Source: an uncultured Nitrospinota bacterium
GTDB taxonomy: Bacteria > Tectomicrobia > Entotheonellia > J063 > CAVPRW01
Assembly: GCA_963707985.1 (NCBI GenBank)
Contig: CAVPRW010000005.1
Coordinates: forward strand, 96,001 to 160,000
Length of the DNA stretch: 64,000 nucleotides
Direction of reading: 5' to 3'
Below the pieces are notes generated by a model, which ran no database searches, was not told the DNA's origin, and saw only the letters and a program-made list of their open reading frames with translations. The translations under genes were made by a program, and so were the position numbers. Shown here one piece after another: positions 41,244 through 51,150 of the stretch (position 1 is its first letter; the number at the start of each line of letters is the position of its first letter).

Positions 41244-41808
41244 TTAGCCCCTCACCCCAACTGGCGACCGGAACAGATCGGCGATCCGGCAACGAAAGCC
41301 GGGGAGCAGTATCTTCGCTCACCAGATCATCCGCTTCCGTCAAAATGGTCGTGTGTATCGGCGAAGAGTAGATCGTGATGGTTTTGTGCTCCGAAGAGAT
41401 TAACCACACCTGTCGCACCCCGCTAGCCAAGTACTCTTCGACCTTGCTGATGACCTTTTCGTAGAGGTCATACGGCGAAATAATTTCTACCGCTAGATCA
41501 GGAGGCATCGGCCAGATGCCTTCAGGTTCACCTTCCACCGGGAAGCGTGAGGCAGCCACAAAGGCGACATCGGGAATCCGCTGGTTCTCCCCAATCTGAA
41601 ACGTTGCGTCCGGGCCATAGATGCCACCCAATTGATGCACTTCGACGTGGCTTACGAGCCGCGCAATCAGACGTGTCCCTATCCCGCTGTGTCGCGCTCC
41701 CCCCATGGTTTTTGCCTCTGGTTGCCCGGCGACGATCTCGTATGCTTTGTCAGAGTCCAGGTCAAGACTGATGGTGCTCGCCATACCTGGAGTTTCCTCT
41801 CTCGCCAT
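41244..41808 (-). CDS. Uma2/DUF820 family endonuclease (frameshift near 41310)
   Basis: PDVAFV, PDLAVEIISP, YLASGVRQVWLI; LLPGF continues in another frame. Confidence 0.85.
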
Positions 41809-41821
41809 TATCTTATCTCCT

Positions 41822-42598
41822 TTACCGTCCTTTCCACTGCGGCCTGCGCTTCTCGGCAAAGGCGCGTGGACCCTCCTTCGAATCCTCCGTGCGCAACAGT
41901 TGGTCGTAGATATGACGGGTGAGGGCCGCCAGTGCGGGCTCGCTCATATCCAGTCCCCGATATGCCAACTCCTTGAAGTAGCGCACCGACAATGGGGCAT
42001 TCTCGGTGATCTGCCGCGCCAAGGCTTTGGCTTCTTCCATGAGCCGTTCTTTGGGGACCACGTGGTTTACAAAGCCGATCTCATAGGCGCGTTGAGCAGT
42101 GATGGGCTTGGCGGTCATGACCAATTCCAGGGCGGCGGCCACGGGAATGAGCTTGGGGAGCGCCGTGGCGAACGGCGGCAGTAGGCTCCACTTGGCCTCG
42201 GTAATCCCCATCATCGCGTCCTCGGCCGCAATGCGTAGATCGCAGATCTGCGCGATGGCCCAGCCACCAGCCATGGCATAACCGTTAATAGCAGCGATCA
42301 TCGGCTTCCATGTCTGCTCGAACCAAGCCAGGCCATCAGCCCCCATGCTATCACTGGCGCGCGCCTGCACGCCAGCGGCATTATCGGCGGCGCGCTCCTT
42401 CAGGTCCCGTCCGGCGCAGAAGGCACGCCCTGCCCCGGTAATGATGGCCACCCGCGCCTGGTCATCGCGGTCGAAGCGCACGATCGCGTCATTCAATTCT
42501 CGCCTGAGCTGGCGGTTAATCGAGTTCAACGCTTCCGGTCGGTTCAAGGTCATGGTGACGATCCCATCGTCTTGCTCATAAAGCACTGCTGCTGTCAT
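41822..42598 (-). CDS. Enoyl-CoA hydratase/isomerase
   Basis: LNRPEALNS, AFCAGRDL, AAINGYAMAGG, AFAEKRRPQW. Confidence 0.93.
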   Translation of the reverse strand: MTAAVLYEQDDGIVTMTLNRPEALNSINRQLRRELNDAIVRFDRDDQARVAIITGAGRAFCAGRDLKERAADNAAGVQARASDSMGADGLAWFEQTWKPMIAAINGYAMAGGWAIAQICDLRIAAEDAMMGITEAKWSLLPPFATALPKLIPVAAALELVMTAKPITAQRAYEIGFVNHVVPKERLMEEAKALARQITENAPLSVRYFKELAYRGLDMSEPALAALTRHIYDQLLRTEDSKEGPRAFAEKRRPQWKGR

Positions 42599-42864
42599 AT
42601 CATCCCTCGCATGCACGCTATCGACACCTGACGTGTCGGCCTCGAAGATGTGTCCGACATTGCGCCAAAACTCCCGCTACCACCTGCGACGGCCATTGTA
42701 TAATGAGGCCTAGGTGCGTACAAGGTCATATTCATGCCAAGGAGAAAGGCAAGGTAGGTTTCTCTGTGGCGGCTGGACGTTCGAGATGCCGTGACATAGG
42801 GTCATTGAGACCGGCGCTGCAGCGTTGCCAGAAGCGGCACGCTGGCTCGGAGGGAAGAAAGCGT

Positions 42865-44070
42865 ATGGATAAAGCCTTAGACGATATTACCGTGCTCGAT
42901 CTGGGTCAAGTCATCGCCATGCCATACTGTACCATGCTACTCGCCGATCTTGGGGCACGAGTCATCAAGGTGGAGTCCCGGGAGCAGGGGCAAGAACGCC
43001 TGTCTCTTGGCATCAAACGGGTACGTAACGGTGTGGAGGAGCGCGTACCAGTGTATCAGTATCGTGAGCGCAATAAGCAAGCGGTTACGCTGAATTTGAA
43101 ACACGCACAAGGAGTCGAGCTGTTCAAGGATCTGGTCAGACGTGCGGATGTGGTCGCGGAGAATTTTAGCGTCGGCACCATGGATCGCCTCGGCCTCGGC
43201 TATGAGACCTTGCAACAGGTGAATCCGCGCCTCATCTATGCCTCGATCACGGCATTCGGTCAATATGGCCCGTATGCGCACTGGCGGGGCTATGACATTC
43301 TGGCCCAGGCGCTGAGCGGCTATATGAGCATCACTGGGTTTCCCGACAGCCCGCCGACACGCTCCGGGCAGTCGATTTCCGATTACTACGCCGGTATGCT
43401 GTGCGCCTTCAGTATCGTGTCAGCCCTGCATTATCGCGACCGCACGGGCAAAGGGCAGCACATCGACATGGCTTTGCTCGACAGTCTGATTACGGCTCTG
43501 GATAATCTGGGCGAACGGTATACAGTGGGTGGGGAAATCTTGACGCGTAAGGGGAACATCTCGTTCGCCGGCTCCAGCTCAGGCGTCTATCCGACCCTCG
43601 ATGGGCATGTGGCGGTCGCTGCCGGAACAAGTAATCTGGTCTGGCGGCGGTTCTGCCACATCATCGGTAAGCCTGAGCTGGCAGATGATCCGAAGTTCGC
43701 CACCACCGCGGCCCGGCGCACCTATCAAGCAGATACAGCCGCGATTATCCAGGGGTGGACCAGTCAGCGCCGCAAAGCCGAGGTGGTGAGCACGCTAGCG
43801 GAGGGTGGCGTACCTGCGGCCCCGGTGAATAATGTGGCAGAGATGGTGGCAGATCCACAGGTCCAGGCCAGAGAGATGCTGGTCGAGCTTGAACATCCCG
43901 TCTACGGCCCGGTGAAGATCACCGGCACGCCGCTGAAATTGTCGGAGACGCCGGGCAAGGTTGAGCATCTTGCCCCACTCCCTGGCGAACACAATGAAGA
44001 GATTTTCGTTGGGCTGTTAGGGCATTCACATCAGGACCTCGACCGCTGGCAGGAACATGGCGTGATCTAG
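42865..44070 (+). CDS. CaiB/BaiF CoA-transferase
   Basis: LADLGARVIKVE; RNKQAVTLNLK; ENFSVG. Confidence 0.92.
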   Translation: MDKALDDITVLDLGQVIAMPYCTMLLADLGARVIKVESREQGQERLSLGIKRVRNGVEERVPVYQYRERNKQAVTLNLKHAQGVELFKDLVRRADVVAENFSVGTMDRLGLGYETLQQVNPRLIYASITAFGQYGPYAHWRGYDILAQALSGYMSITGFPDSPPTRSGQSISDYYAGMLCAFSIVSALHYRDRTGKGQHIDMALLDSLITALDNLGERYTVGGEILTRKGNISFAGSSSGVYPTLDGHVAVAAGTSNLVWRRFCHIIGKPELADDPKFATTAARRTYQADTAAIIQGWTSQRRKAEVVSTLAEGGVPAAPVNNVAEMVADPQVQAREMLVELEHPVYGPVKITGTPLKLSETPGKVEHLAPLPGEHNEEIFVGLLGHSHQDLDRWQEHGVI

Positions 44071-44112
44071 GCGGGAACTGGGACAGCTTTACATGCGGCG
44101 TGCTCGCTGCCA

Positions 44113-44144
44113 AATCCCCCCTCGCCCTTTGCGAAGGGGGGATT
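44113..44144. terminator. GC hairpin between convergent genes (terminator or REP-like)
   Basis: aatcccccc...ggggggatt inverted repeat. Confidence 0.5.
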
Positions 44145-44195
44145 GTCTTGCAGGAGGTGGGAGCCAGGCCAAGTATCAATCTCCTGGGGTTCGAT

Positions 44196-46334
44196 TTAGA
44201 CAGCGGATAGCAATCCAGCGTTCCTCGCCCAACGGTATTTGGCGCCGAGGCCAGCCACCGGCTTCTCGGTCTCGTAGGGATAGGCTAGGATGCGGTGATC
44301 CAGCAAGTGACGTGCCGCGACTTCGACGGCAACATCACCGACGAGTGAGGCCACGATGGGTTTGTCGATGCCTTGGCGCCTGGCTTCTTCCACCACATCC
44401 ACCAGCAGGTTGGCAAAGATCATCGGTGGCGTAATAATGGTATGCCAGTAGCCCAAGATCACCGCATGGACACGCGGCTCATATAAGGCCAGGTTAATCG
44501 TTTTGCGATACGTCTCCGGGGGCTCGCCGCCAGTGATGTCGACCGGATTGCCCGCGGCACCGAAGGGTGGGATGAACTGACGAAAGGCCTGATCCAGGTC
44601 GGGCGGCATAGACATGAGTCGTAGCCCATGATCCACACAGGCATCCGATAGCAATACCCCTGATCCCCCCGCCCCAGTAACGATGAGGACATTTTCGCCG
44701 GTCGGTGTCGGCAGCATCTGGAGGGCTTTGGCGAACTCTAGCATCTCGTTGAGGTGTCGGGCGCGAATCACGCCAGCCTGACGTAATACCCCATCATAGA
44801 TACGATCGTTTCCCGCCAGGGCCCCTGTGTGCGATTTGGCGGCCCTCGCCCCCATATCGGTACGTCCGGCCTTCAGCACCACCACCGGTTTCTGCTTGGT
44901 GACACGCTGCGCCACCTCGGCAAACGCCCGCCCATCCTTGAGGTCTTCGACATGCATGGCCACCACCTGGGTATTGGGGTCCTCTTCAAAGAACGTCAGT
45001 AGATCATCTTCGTCGATGTCTGATTTGTTGCCCAAGCCGATGATCGCCGATACTCCCATCTTGTTCGAACGACTGAAGCCGATGATCGCCATCCCGACGC
45101 CACCACTCTGCGATGTCAGTGCCACCGAGCCTTTTTCGTTGTATGGTGTGCAGAACGTGGCGCAGAGGTTTTGCGGCGTATAATAAAAACCGTAGATGTT
45201 CGGTCCCATCAAACGAATACTGTGCTTTCGCGCCACATCGACGACTTCCTGCTGCAGCTGGGATTCACCCACCTCAGCAAATCCTGAAGGGATGAGGATC
45301 GCCCCGCCTACCCCTTTCTCACCACACTCCTCCAACACATGTGCGACCAGGTGGGCCGGGATACAGAAGATGGCGATGTCTACTGGACCCGGGATCTCCT
45401 TGACGCTACGGAAGCACGGCCGCCCGAGGATGACATCGGCTCTGGGATTGATTGGGTAGAGCTGCCCCTGATAGCCGCCATTGATGATGTTGTCCATGAC
45501 CGCATAGCCGATCTTGCCTGCCTCGGGGGAAGCCCCAATGACAGCGATAGCATCCGGCATCAGAATGCGTCGCATAGTCGCGCGCATCTCCGACGCCTGA
45601 TACCTGGGCAGCTGAGGGTGGGCGGTCGGATCGAGGACCAACCGTGCGTCAACGGCGACGGCGCCTTTGGCACTGGCCATGACCGGGTTGAGGTCTATTT
45701 CGCTGATCTCGGGGAAGTCCGCCGCCAATTGGGATACCCTGACGATCAAGTCCGCTAGCGCCTCCCGATTGGCTGGCGGTAACCCGCGAACGCCGCGCAG
45801 AAGCGCCGCACCGCGGACGTCGTCGAGCATCCGGAGTGCTTCGCCTGGAGTCGTCGGTGCCAGACGGAAGGTTGTATCCTGCAGCGTCTCGACGAAGATC
45901 CCACCCAAGCCGAACATGACCACGGGGCCGAAGGCCGGATCGCGGATCATGCCAACGATCACTTCGCTGCCGCCTGTGACCATTTGTTGGACCTGCACAC
46001 CGGTTATTTGTGCCTCCGACCGATAATTCCAGGCATTAGCGGTAATCGTCCGATAGGCTTGTCGAACCTCGCGGGTATTGCTCAAGGCGAGTAGGACACC
46101 ACCGGCCTCAGTCTTGTGGATGATGTCGGGAGAGACGATTTTCATGGCCACCGGGAAGCCAAGCTCCCGAGCCAGGCGAGTGGCCTCCTCAATCGATCGC
46201 GCCAGGCCTTCTTTCGGCACCGGCACGCCATAGGCTTCGCAGACTTCTCGTGCTTCAGGAGCGCTCAAAACGGTCTGTCCTGCTGCCTTGGCCCCTTCGA
46301 ACACCGCTTGTACCCGCGCTTGATCTCCGCTCAT
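44196..46334 (-). CDS. ADP-forming acyl-CoA synthetase (acetate--CoA ligase family), ATP-grasp domain first
   Basis: KIVSPDIIHKTEAGGV, FGLGGIFVE, DLNP; then IAVIGAS, SQSGG, SHTGALAG, NPVD. Confidence 0.9.
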   Translation of the reverse strand: MSGDQARVQAVFEGAKAAGQTVLSAPEAREVCEAYGVPVPKEGLARSIEEATRLARELGFPVAMKIVSPDIIHKTEAGGVLLALSNTREVRQAYRTITANAWNYRSEAQITGVQVQQMVTGGSEVIVGMIRDPAFGPVVMFGLGGIFVETLQDTTFRLAPTTPGEALRMLDDVRGAALLRGVRGLPPANREALADLIVRVSQLAADFPEISEIDLNPVMASAKGAVAVDARLVLDPTAHPQLPRYQASEMRATMRRILMPDAIAVIGASPEAGKIGYAVMDNIINGGYQGQLYPINPRADVILGRPCFRSVKEIPGPVDIAIFCIPAHLVAHVLEECGEKGVGGAILIPSGFAEVGESQLQQEVVDVARKHSIRLMGPNIYGFYYTPQNLCATFCTPYNEKGSVALTSQSGGVGMAIIGFSRSNKMGVSAIIGLGNKSDIDEDDLLTFFEEDPNTQVVAMHVEDLKDGRAFAEVAQRVTKQKPVVVLKAGRTDMGARAAKSHTGALAGNDRIYDGVLRQAGVIRARHLNEMLEFAKALQMLPTPTGENVLIVTGAGGSGVLLSDACVDHGLRLMSMPPDLDQAFRQFIPPFGAAGNPVDITGGEPPETYRKTINLALYEPRVHAVILGYWHTIITPPMIFANLLVDVVEEARRQGIDKPIVASLVGDVAVEVAARHLLDHRILAYPYETEKPVAGLGAKYRWARNAGLLSAV

Positions 46335-46601
46335 CAGCTCTCCTCCCTCATCGGTGCGGCACCTTCACCTTTCATAGCGCTCATCATCCCTCGCCAACGT
46401 CTGGCTGAGACGTGGTGTGTGGCCTCCTCCGCCGAAGCCGCCCCATGCTCAGCAACCGGGGTGTCCAGCGTTTGCATTCCAACCGTTTGGCGGAGGAACG
46501 TTGCCTGAGTGTTTCAAAGCCGTAGTTGTGCTGGGAGCTGTCTGGGCAATGTGGGGCCGACAGGGGCTTAGGAAGGCTCCTTGCCCCGTCGGCCGGGAGG
46601 A

Positions 46602-47705
46602 TCATTGGCGCGTGAAGTCGACCCCGGTCTCGGCATCAAACAGATGGAACCGGCCCATATCGAAGTAGACTGCGATCTCTTGCATTGGCCGTGCAGTCGT
46701 CGTGGGATCCAGGCGTCCTACAAACGTGTGGTCTCCGGCGCTGAGCTCGACAATCACTTCCGATCCCAAAGGTTCCACCACATTGACCTTGGCCGGGACG
46801 CGTTCTTGCTGGTGTTCTCCTGCCTCTTCCCGATCGGAGATGTTTTCCGGTCGGATGCCGAAGACCACCCGCTGATTTACGTGATTGCCGAACCGATTGA
46901 TCTGGCTCTTGGGTAATTTCAACAGAAACTTGCCAAGATCGACGAACAGGTCAGAGTTCTGCGCTGTCAGCTTACCCTGGAAGAAGTTCATGGCTGGACT
47001 GCCAATGAAGCCAGCGACGAACATATTGACCGGGTGGTCGTATACCTCCATGGGGGCGCCAACCTGCTGGATCTCCCCATTGTTCATGATAACGATGCGG
47101 TCGCCCATCGTCATGGCTTCGACCTGATCGTGTGTCACATAGATCATCGTAGCCTCCAGCTGATAATGAAGTTTGATCAGCTCGCTACGCATCTGCACAC
47201 GTAATTTGGCATCCAGGTTACTCAGCGGCTCATCGAAGAGGAAGACCTCGGGTTGGCGGACGATAGCACGTCCAACCGCCACCCGCTGCCGTTGTCCGCC
47301 CGACAGCTGGCGGGGTTTGCGGTTCAGGAGTTCTTCAATGCCCAGAATCCTCGCAGCCTCGCGGACACGCCGATCGATCTCAGGCTTAGGAGTACGCCGG
47401 AGCTTGAGCCCGAAGGCCATGTTTTTATAGACGTCCATATGCGGATACAGGGCGTAGTTCTGGAACACCATCGCAATGTTACGGTCCTTGGGAGGCACAT
47501 CGTTCACCACGCGGTTGCCGATCAGGATCGTCCCATCGCTGGTTTCTTCCAAACCTGCAATCATACGGAGCGTGGTCGTCTTGCCACATCCGGATGGTCC
47601 GACGAAGACCACAAATTCTTTATCGGGAATGTCCAGATTGATCTGGTTCACCGCAGTGACTTTGTCGAAGCGTTTGCTAAGCTCTTGGAGTGTCACACTG
47701 GCCAT
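46602..47705 (-). CDS. Carbohydrate ABC ATP-binding protein (UgpC/MalK family)
   Basis: GPSGCGKT, VFQNYALYPHM, LSGGQRQRVA, DEPLSNLDAKLR. Confidence 0.95.
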   Translation of the reverse strand: MASVTLQELSKRFDKVTAVNQINLDIPDKEFVVFVGPSGCGKTTTLRMIAGLEETSDGTILIGNRVVNDVPPKDRNIAMVFQNYALYPHMDVYKNMAFGLKLRRTPKPEIDRRVREAARILGIEELLNRKPRQLSGGQRQRVAVGRAIVRQPEVFLFDEPLSNLDAKLRVQMRSELIKLHYQLEATMIYVTHDQVEAMTMGDRIVIMNNGEIQQVGAPMEVYDHPVNMFVAGFIGSPAMNFFQGKLTAQNSDLFVDLGKFLLKLPKSQINRFGNHVNQRVVFGIRPENISDREEAGEHQQERVPAKVNVVEPLGSEVIVELSAGDHTFVGRLDPTTTARPMQEIAVYFDMGRFHLFDAETGVDFTRQ

Positions 47706-47734
47706 ACCACCGTCTCCCTCTTATACTCACACAC

Positions 47735-48610
47735 TCACTTGATCGCCCCCTGAGTGAGGCCAGAGACGTAATAATCCATAAACACTACATAGACAAGCAC
47801 GATGGGGATCGAACCCAGGACGGCTCCAGCCATCAGGGCACCCCAGTAAAAAATGTCTCCCCGGATCAGCTCCGCCGTCACGCCCACCGTGGTGGTCTTC
47901 TGTGCCGTCGATGAGATGAACGTCAAGGCGTAGATGAACTCATTCCAGGAGATCGTAAAGGCGAAGAGCACTGCGCATACGATGCCAGGGATTGCCACCG
48001 GTAGCACAATCCTGATGAGTGCCTGGAAGCGCGTGCAGCCATCCACCATGGCACACTCCTCGATTTCCTGAGGAATGGTACGGAAGTATCCAAGCAATAA
48101 CCAGGTGCAGAAGGGCACCAGGAAGGTGGGGTAGGTCAAGATCAGGGCCCACACGCTATCAGCCAAACCAAGCCGGTTCACGACCTGCGCCAGCGGCAAA
48201 AAGAGCAGGGTGGTCGGGACCAGATAGGTCATGAACACTGCAGTGCCGAAGCTGGCTGCGCCGCGGAACCGCAAACGCGCCAGGCTGTATGCCGCTAGAA
48301 TAGCGATGACGATGGAAATCGTCGTCGCCAGCACGCTGACCAAGACGCTGTTGAAGAGCCAGGTGAGGAATGGGGTATCGTGCAGCAGCAGTTGATAATG
48401 CTCGAGGGTTGGTCCACCACTGTAGTCCGGATGTGTCGAGGATAGCTGGATAATGAAGGGATTCGCGTTCAGATTATAGAGCTCCCCATCGGCTTTGAAG
48501 GAGGTGATCACCATGAAGTAGAAGGGGAACAACGCAAAGAGGATGAATGGTGCCAAGGGAATATGCAAGGTCAAGAGCTGGCCGAGGAAGTGTCGCGTCC
48601 GTGGCTGCAT
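47735..48610 (-). CDS. Carbohydrate ABC permease
   Basis: IEECAMVDG EAA loop; SWNEFIYAL. Confidence 0.92.
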   Translation of the reverse strand: MQPRTRHFLGQLLTLHIPLAPFILFALFPFYFMVITSFKADGELYNLNANPFIIQLSSTHPDYSGGPTLEHYQLLLHDTPFLTWLFNSVLVSVLATTISIVIAILAAYSLARLRFRGAASFGTAVFMTYLVPTTLLFLPLAQVVNRLGLADSVWALILTYPTFLVPFCTWLLLGYFRTIPQEIEECAMVDGCTRFQALIRIVLPVAIPGIVCAVLFAFTISWNEFIYALTFISSTAQKTTTVGVTAELIRGDIFYWGALMAGAVLGSIPIVLVYVVFMDYYVSGLTQGAIK

Positions 48611-48613
48611 GAC

Positions 48614-49576
48614 CTACTCCTTGCGCACGAAGCGTAGCTGGAAGTACACGATCAGCGCCAGGATGGGGAACATGAAGAGCGACACGGCTGCCCCCTCGCT
48701 GATCTTCCCGGACTGTAGGCCAATCTGATTGGCCAGGGTGGCGAAGAGGTGCGTACTGTTGATCGGACCTCCCCGCGTCAGCACATAGACGATGTTGAAA
48801 TCGCTGAAGGTAAAGATCGTCGAAAACAGCATCACGATGGCCAACACCGGCGTGAGCATCGGCACTGTGATGTACCAGAATCGCGCCCAGGCGCCGGCGC
48901 CGTCGGTCTTAGCCGCTTCATAAAGCTCTTGGGGGATGGCCACGAGGCCAGCAAGGATCGTGATGGCAAAAAACGGCAGGCCGCGCCAGATGTTGACAGT
49001 GATCACCGCAATTTTGGCGAGGGAGGATGTGCCCAACCAATTGGGCCCCCCCTGCACGATGCCGAGATGGATCAGGGTCCAGTTGAACACGCTGTAGAGG
49101 GAATCGAACATCCACCACCAACCCAGTGTGCTCAGGGCGGTTGGAATCACCCACGGTAGCAGAACTGCACCGCGTACCCACCTTTTGAAGCGGCCGGTTC
49201 GGAACAGGAGCAGCGCCAGTACCATGCCTAGAACCGTCTTCAAGATCACGGCACTGAACGTGATCGTAAACGAGTTCTGTAAGGTCTGGATGAACATCCC
49301 ATCATGCAGCAAATGCCAATAATTCCGTAGTCCAACAAAAGATCCCGGCTGTCCCACCCAGCTATCGGTAACGCTGAAGTACAATGCCATACAGAAGGGC
49401 CATGCTACCAACACCCCCAGTAAGATGAAGGCTGGAGCGATGAGCGTATAGCCCAGCACGTGTTCGTGTTGGAAAAACAATGAGATCTTCTTTCCAAAGG
49501 AGTCTCGCGCGGGGGCACGCGCTGCCACGGTGGTCGCATACGACCGCGGCTTCTGTTCCAGTGCTCCTGTTGCCAT
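48614..49576 (-). CDS. Carbohydrate ABC permease
   Basis: ELYEAAKTDGA; LTRGGP. Confidence 0.92.
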   Translation of the reverse strand: MATGALEQKPRSYATTVAARAPARDSFGKKISLFFQHEHVLGYTLIAPAFILLGVLVAWPFCMALYFSVTDSWVGQPGSFVGLRNYWHLLHDGMFIQTLQNSFTITFSAVILKTVLGMVLALLLFRTGRFKRWVRGAVLLPWVIPTALSTLGWWWMFDSLYSVFNWTLIHLGIVQGGPNWLGTSSLAKIAVITVNIWRGLPFFAITILAGLVAIPQELYEAAKTDGAGAWARFWYITVPMLTPVLAIVMLFSTIFTFSDFNIVYVLTRGGPINSTHLFATLANQIGLQSGKISEGAAVSLFMFPILALIVYFQLRFVRKE

Positions 49577-49659
49577 ATTATCCCCCTTTAGACACTTACT
49601 ACTCACCGTTGTCGGGAATCTCCCAGAATTGAGCTGTAAGTATTCGATTTTTTGCGGCG

Positions 49660-49688
49660 ATTATACGGACGCACTATAGCTATGTCAA
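49660..49688 (-). promoter_or_regulatory. Perfect-consensus sigma70 promoter for sugar ABC operon
   Basis: Minus strand TTGACA-17 bp-TATAAT. Confidence 0.85.
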
Positions 49689-49737
49689 CATAAATCAAGG
49701 CATCGTTGGCTCGCGAGGGAAGCCTCGATCGGGGGGG

Positions 49738-50520
49738 CTATGCAAGTGGCGGCTGTACAGGCTCGCTCATACAACGAATGTACACATACAGGTCGCCTGG
49801 TGGTCCTCCTCGCCGACCGGGTTGTCCTTCCCCCTGAATGCGCAGCCTACTGCCGTCACGTACCCCGGCGGGCACATCAATGGTGAGCCTGCGCATCACA
49901 GGAAGTGCGCCCGTACCGGTGCAGCGTTGGCAAGGGTCGGTAACGACGACTCCCTCACCCTGGCACACCTCACAGAGAGACAGTGTCGACAACAGCCAGC
50001 CCGGGCGTCGTACCTCGCATGCTCCGCGACACTGCGGACACGGAAGCGGCGGTTTCCCTCCAGTCATACGACTGCCCAAACACTGCGGACACCAGCGCAC
50101 ATTAGCAACATCGAGGCGAGCTTCGCAGCCTTGCATACATGCTTGAGGGGCGAGGGAGAGGGTATACCGCAGGTCCTGACCCGGCTGGGGCTTGTGCGCC
50201 GCGATCTGCTCACGGGCGGCGAGCAGATGATCCACGGCCGCCACCATCCATTCTCGTACCGCACGCGTGCCGGGCGGGCGCCAGATGGGTGGTCCCCAGG
50301 CGCCCCAGCGATCGTAACGCGCACGTTGTTCCGGGTCTTTCAAAACGGTGTAGGCTTGATTGAGGCTGCGGAGAGACGCTTCAGCCTCGGCATTGTCGGG
50401 GTGCAAATCAGGATGGAAGTGTGTGGCCAGGCGATGGTAGGCCTGCTTGATTTCCTCAGGCCTAGCCTCTCGTCCGACGCCGAGGACGTGGTAATAATCA
50501 GGCTCCCCCAGGGGTGGCAT
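49738..50520 (-). CDS. Shortened DnaJ-family protein (J-domain, zinc finger, partial C-terminal domain)
   Basis: DYYHVLGV..FHPD; four CxxCxG repeats; VPAGVRDG..GDLYV. Confidence 0.88.
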   Translation of the reverse strand: MPPLGEPDYYHVLGVGREARPEEIKQAYHRLATHFHPDLHPDNAEAEASLRSLNQAYTVLKDPEQRARYDRWGAWGPPIWRPPGTRAVREWMVAAVDHLLAAREQIAAHKPQPGQDLRYTLSLAPQACMQGCEARLDVANVRWCPQCLGSRMTGGKPPLPCPQCRGACEVRRPGWLLSTLSLCEVCQGEGVVVTDPCQRCTGTGALPVMRRLTIDVPAGVRDGSRLRIQGEGQPGRRGGPPGDLYVYIRCMSEPVQPPLA

Positions 50521-51145
50521 CGCGTTCTGCCCTTCCTACGACCACCTTGGCCGGTCGTAAGAGGCGCTCATGCAACAGGTAGCCGTGCTGCACTTCCTCC
50601 ACGATAAGGCCGTCGTCACTAGCCGGCACGCTGACGATATCCACCGCTTCATGGCGCGTCGGATCGAACGCGACCCCTTGCGTTTGCACCTCACGCACAC
50701 CGACCTTGCCCAACGCTTCCTTGAGTTGCCGGAGCACCATGCTAACGCCCTCGGCAATCCGCGCGCTGCTGGGGGCTAAATCCTGTCCTGCGGCGTGCAC
50801 GGCACGCTCAAGGTTGTCAAGCCCTGGCAAGAGCGCGATCACCAGGTCCGCCGTGGCATATTGTCGGGCCTCTTCATATTGTCGAGTCGTGCGTTTGCGA
50901 TAATTATCGAAATCCGCCATCAGCCGGAGCAACTGCTCCCTTGTGGTGCCGTGTTCCTGGGTCTTTTGAGCAAGGGCGGCCTCTAGTTCCTGGACCACCA
51001 CATCCGCCGGAGCGGGTTCTCCTGCAGCAGGGGCGACAACAGGGTCCACCATGGCTTCCGACGCGTCCTTGGACACCTCGAATGCGGACCCAGGTTCTTG
51101 TGCGGCCTCAGGTTGGTCGTCGCCGCTGTAGATTGGTATCTTCAT
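50498..51145 (-). CDS. grpE: Nucleotide exchange factor GrpE
   Basis: ADFDNYRKR, DNLERA, FDPTRHEAV, RLLRPAKVVV. Confidence 0.93.
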   Translation of the reverse strand: MKIPIYSGDDQPEAAQEPGSAFEVSKDASEAMVDPVVAPAAGEPAPADVVVQELEAALAQKTQEHGTTREQLLRLMADFDNYRKRTTRQYEEARQYATADLVIALLPGLDNLERAVHAAGQDLAPSSARIAEGVSMVLRQLKEALGKVGVREVQTQGVAFDPTRHEAVDIVSVPASDDGLIVEEVQHGYLLHERLLRPAKVVVGRAERDATPGGA

Positions 51146-51150
51146 AGAAG

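Noticed and set aside
44196..46334. Swapped domain order of the acyl-CoA synthetase as novelty
   Set aside because: Domain shuffling is well known in NDP-forming acyl-CoA synthetases.
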